Part shown: positions 60,157-64,000 of the stretch, piece by piece
How the letters are laid out: each line of letters starts with the position of its first letter
How positions within the stretch are numbered: the first letter of the stretch is position 1
DNA from: Chrysemys picta bellii
Lineage: Eukaryota
Reading direction: 5' to 3'
Assembly: GCF_011386835.1 (NCBI RefSeq)
Contig: NC_088803.1
Location: forward strand, 11,656,001-11,720,000
Length of the DNA stretch: 64,000 bases
Made by a program: the position numbers and the translations under genes
Notes under the pieces: model-generated
What the model was told of the DNA's origin: nothing
The model's database searches: none
The model's input: only the letters and a program-made list of their open reading frames with translations

Positions 60157-61515
60157 TAGAATCATGCAATCATAGAACTGGAAGGGATCTCAAGAGGTCA
60201 TCTAGTCCAGTCCCCTTCACTCAAGGCAGGACTAGGTATTATCTAGAGCATCCCTGACAGGTGTTTGTCTAACCTGCTCTTAAAAATCCCCAAAGATGGA
60301 GATTCCACAACCTCCCTAGGCAATTTATTCCAGTGTTTAACCACCCTGACAGGTAGGAAGTTTTTCCTAATTTCCAATCTAAACCGCCTTTGCTGCAATT
60401 TAAGCCCATTGCTTCTTGTCCTATCCTCAGAGGTTATAGAAGAACAATTTTTCTCCCTCCCCTTGTAACAACCTTTTATGTACTTGAAAACGGTTATCAT
60501 GTTCCCTCTCAGATTTCTCTTCTCCACACTAAACCAACCCTTTTTTTTCAATCTTTCCTCATAGGTCATGTTTTCTAAACCTTTAGTCATTTTTGTTGCT
60601 CTTCTCTGGATATTCTCCATTTTTGTCCACATCTTTCCTGAAATGTGGCGTCCCAGAACTGGACACAATACTCCAGTTGACGCCTAATCAGCGTGGAGTA
60701 GAGCGGAAGAATTACTTCTCGTGTCTTCCTAACAACACTCCTGCTAATACATCCCAGAATGAAGTTTGCTTTTTTTGCAATAGTGTTACACTGTTGACTT
60801 ATATTTAGCTTGTGATCCACTATGACCCCCAGATCCCTTTCTGTAGTACTCCTTCCTAGGCAGTCATTTCCCATTTTGTATGTGTGCAACTGATCGTTCC
60901 TTACTAAGTGGAGCACTTTGCATTTGTCCCTATTGAATTTCATCTATTTACTTCAGACCATTTATTCAGTTTGTCCAGATCATTTTGAATTTTAATCCTA
61001 TCCTCCAAAGCACTCGCAACCCCTCCCAGCTTGGTATTGCCAGCAAACTATATAAGTGTACTCTCTATGCCATTATCTAAATCGCGGATGAACATATAGA
61101 ACAGAACCAGACCGAGAACCACTGATTACTCTCTGGGAATGATTTTCCAATCAGTTATGCACCCACCTTATAGTAGGTCCATCTACGTTGCATTTTCCTA
61201 GTTTGTTTATGAGAAGGTGATGAGAAACGGTATCAAAAGTCTTACTAAAGTCAAGATATACCACATTTACCACTTCTCCCCTATTCACAAGGCTCGTTAC
61301 CCTGTCAAAGAAAGCTATCAGGTTGCTTTGACATGATTTGTTCTTGACAAATCCATGCTGACTGTTACTTGTCACCTCATTATCTTCTAGGTGTTTGTAA
61401 ATTGATTTCTTAATGATTTGCTCCATTACCTTTCTGGGTACAGAAGTTAAGCTGACTGGTCTGTAATTCCCTGGGTTGTCCTTATTTCCCTTTTTATAGA
61501 TGGGCACTATATTTA
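60157..61515 (-). mobile_element. CR1 LINE ORF2 fragment (RT and C-terminus)
   Basis: IVPIYKKGNKDNPGNYRPVSLTS...YLDFSKTFD; MKFNRDKCKVLHL; KLQQRRFRLEIRKNF. Confidence 0.93.
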
Positions 61516-61583
61516 CAAAAAACATATCTCTAAGAAGAATTTGAGCTAAAAACCAACAAAGAGAATATTAACCTATATACATA

Positions 61584-62531
61584 TCAAGAAGTAAAAAGGG
61601 TCTTGGTGAAAAATATCTTGCCTAAAATTTTGCCTAGAGCTTCTTTTATCTCCTTGTTTCTCAGGCTGTAAATGAGCGGATTTATTATTGGGGAAGCTAC
61701 AGAATACAATACAGCAGCCAGCATGTCCTGATATGGGGAAGATGCTGATACCGGCATTAGGTACGTATATATTCCAGTGCTGATAAATAACCAAAACACA
61801 ACTAGGTGTGGCAGACAAGTGGAGAAGGCTTTATACCTGCCCTGTGCAGAGGGGATTCTCAGCACAGTGGAAAAGATGTGAATGTAGGACACCAGTATTG
61901 AAAGGAAGAAAATTAACCCCAAAAAAGCACTACATAGAATAACCACAATTTCATTCGTGCTTGTGTCAGAGCAAGAGAGTTTCAGTAGCTGTGGGATATC
62001 GCAGAAAAACTGATCAATAACATTGGACCCACAGAAAGGTAATCGAAAGGTATTAGCAGTGTGGAGCAATGAATAGATACAGCTGCTGATCCAGGAACCA
62101 GCTGCCATCTGTGCACATGCCCCTCTAGTCATGATCACCCTGTAACGCAAAGGATGGCAGATTGCAACGTACCGGTCATACGCCATTGCTGTGAGAAGGG
62201 CCAGTTCTGCAGAGGCAAAGTGGATACCCAAATAGACTTGGGCAACACAGCCAGAGAAAGAAATCAGCCTGGTGTTGTTTAAGGAGCTCACCATGGACTT
62301 GGGGACGGTGACAGAGATATAGCAGATGTCTAGGAAGGACAAGTTGCCCAGGAAGAAGTACATGGGGGTGTGAAGGTGGTGGTCAAGGGCTACGGTTGTG
62401 ATGATGAGAAGATTGCCCATTAGGGCTGCCAGGTAAATCACCAGGAACAGCACAAAGTGCAAAATTTGCAGCTCCCGAACATCAGAGAATCCCTGGAGAA
62501 GGAACTCGGTCACAGTGCTTTGATTGGTCAT
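61584..62531 (-). CDS. Olfactory receptor, family 14-like paralog, intact 315 aa
   Basis: ATG at 62531 (MTNQSTVTEF), aligned with both paralogs; the track extension to 62600 starts at TTG. All OR motifs present. Acceptor-like tttctctccacacag lies just upstream on the minus strand. Confidence 0.95.
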   Translation of the reverse strand: MTNQSTVTEFLLQGFSDVRELQILHFVLFLVIYLAALMGNLLIITTVALDHHLHTPMYFFLGNLSFLDICYISVTVPKSMVSSLNNTRLISFSGCVAQVYLGIHFASAELALLTAMAYDRYVAICHPLRYRVIMTRGACAQMAAGSWISSCIYSLLHTANTFRLPFCGSNVIDQFFCDIPQLLKLSCSDTSTNEIVVILCSAFLGLIFFLSILVSYIHIFSTVLRIPSAQGRYKAFSTCLPHLVVFWLFISTGIYTYLMPVSASSPYQDMLAAVLYSVASPIINPLIYSLRNKEIKEALGKILGKIFFTKTLFTS

Positions 62532-63660
62532 TTCCTGCTGTGTGGAGAGAAATGCAAGGTAAAAGCCATGTTGAGGGTAGAAGACAAGAAAAGAGGACAA
62601 TATATGTACTTATTCTTCTGCAGAAAAGATTCTGGATTCTAGAACTGTTGCAAAGGATTGTCTGTCTTCTCTAAGGTCATTCAGATACAAGGAGAAAGTA
62701 CTAATGACACATTATTCTCAATTAAACATTTATTCAGATTCATTATGCCTATTATGTTCATGCTTTGTCCTAGAGTGTCTTGCAATTTTCCCAAACTTAT
62801 TTGCTCTTCAAAATGATTCAGCCTCATTTGCAGCTAGAGAAATCCCTTTGTGTCAGATTCTCTGCTACTGTAAATTTTCATTTTCTATTAAACTGTCAGT
62901 TTATATCGGCGGAGAATTTATCTCCCTGTTTTCAAATTATGCCCTCAATTATGAGAAGCAGAAGTCTTATAATTCAACTTGGCAGAATTCCATGTTTATG
63001 TTTTATAACTTCACCAGAAAATATCAAGTTTAATTTTTAAACATTTTTATTTTTAATTTATCTTTAAAATTAAAAAATATAAATTATTAAACAACTTTTA
63101 AACATTTCAATTTAAATTTTCACAATTGCAAAAGGTTATGAGTTCTAAACATTTTATCCTTGCATTTTATCTATTTAAATTTTCACAATTGTGGGAAATT
63201 ATTGGGGTGGAGGATCATACAGTGGGGGGACAGAGAATACATACTTAATGACATTGGGATTCAATAAAATACATTTTATACCATTTAAATAAAAATTGTC
63301 AAGGTCATGTCAAAATATACAAAGTGAAGAGCCTTACATCAAAACTCTACTAAGTTCTCAAATACCATTTTTCTTATTTTGCCTAGCTGTATCTTTAATT
63401 ATTATCAATGGAAATATTTTTGTTGGGTAGCGTGTCTATGGTGAAATTAATATTTACCAACATTTACCAATACATTTTTAATTCTGCCATGTCTACTTAT
63501 AATTCAATACAGAGGACATGGAGAAAAAAGAATCATAATTTTTATACACAGTACATATGAAGTTTCATTTCTGACTTCTGGAAAGGGATTCTGCCCTAAT
63601 GACACCCATGAAAGAGAAATGGTGTGAGAAAAGAGTGTAGGTTGAATTAGTATTTAATTG

Positions 63661-64000
63661 GAATCATTGAAGCATAGAAGATTACATAGAAGAGACCTCA
63701 GGAGACCATCTAGTCTAATCCCCTGCTCAAAGCAGGACCAACACCAGCTAAATCATCCCAGCCAAGGCTTGGTCAAGCCGGGCCTTAAAAACCTCTAAGA
63801 ATGGAGATTCCACCACCTTCCTACGTAACATTCCAGTGCTTCACCACCCTCCTAGTGAAATAGTGATCCTAATATTCAACCTAGACTTCCCTCACTGCAA
63901 CTTGAGACCATTGCTTCTTTTTCTGTCATCTGCCACTACTGAGAACTGCCTAGCTCCATCCTCTTTGGAACCCCTCTTCTGGTAGTTGAAGGCTTCTATC
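63661..64000 (-). mobile_element. CR1 LINE 3' end (runs off the window)
   Basis: catagaa tail; ggagattccaccacc...ttccagtgcttcaccaccct. Confidence 0.85.

Larger units (their letters stand above)
58768..61558 (-). mobile_element. Probable solo LTR carrying a nested SINE and a nested CR1
   Basis: Begins tgt exactly where paralogy to units I/II breaks (ggaggg|) and paralogy resumes at ~61563; ends ...ccaaca; TSD not demonstrable. Confidence 0.55.
53230..64000 (-). repeat. OR14-like tandem duplication unit III (incomplete, heavily interrupted)
   Basis: 58381-58767 matches 46336-47045; 61563-63600 matches 36208-38250. Confidence 0.8.

Noticed and set aside
62532-62600. N-terminal extension of the third OR14-like ORF in the track
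   Set aside because: It starts at TTG and crosses a splice-acceptor tract; paralogs start at the ATG equivalent to 62531.

Overview
Vertebrate genomic DNA, almost certainly turtle: it carries tortoise-type Pol III SINEs (tRNA head, CR1 tail), abundant CR1 LINEs and Penelope-like mini-elements. The window is part of an olfactory receptor (OR) cluster with six intact single-exon OR ORFs. Three family-10-like genes lie on + (5.2, 18.4, 30.9 kb) and converge on three family-14-like genes on - (36.2, 47.1, 61.6 kb). The OR14-like genes sit in ~9-kb tandem duplication units, and two of the OR10-like genes sit in an older duplication. The rest is mostly transposable elements: about a dozen CR1 fragments, an internally deleted ERV (387-bp LTRs, tRNA-Arg primer site, no TSD), a truncated Gmr1-type Gypsy element (SCAN-like Gag, integrase before RT), solo LTRs, a Harbinger transposase relic, hAT/Harbinger MITEs and six Penelope-like insertions. 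Four of the Penelope-like insertions contain a foldable minimal hammerhead ribozyme. Best leads: the hammerheads, HD + O/E promoter modules conserved between OR paralogs, a hybrid-looking ERV env with mismatched flanks, an OR-CR1 chimera and a microhomology deletion. There is one assembly gap (40932-41072). All alignments and folds were done by eye, with no database searches.
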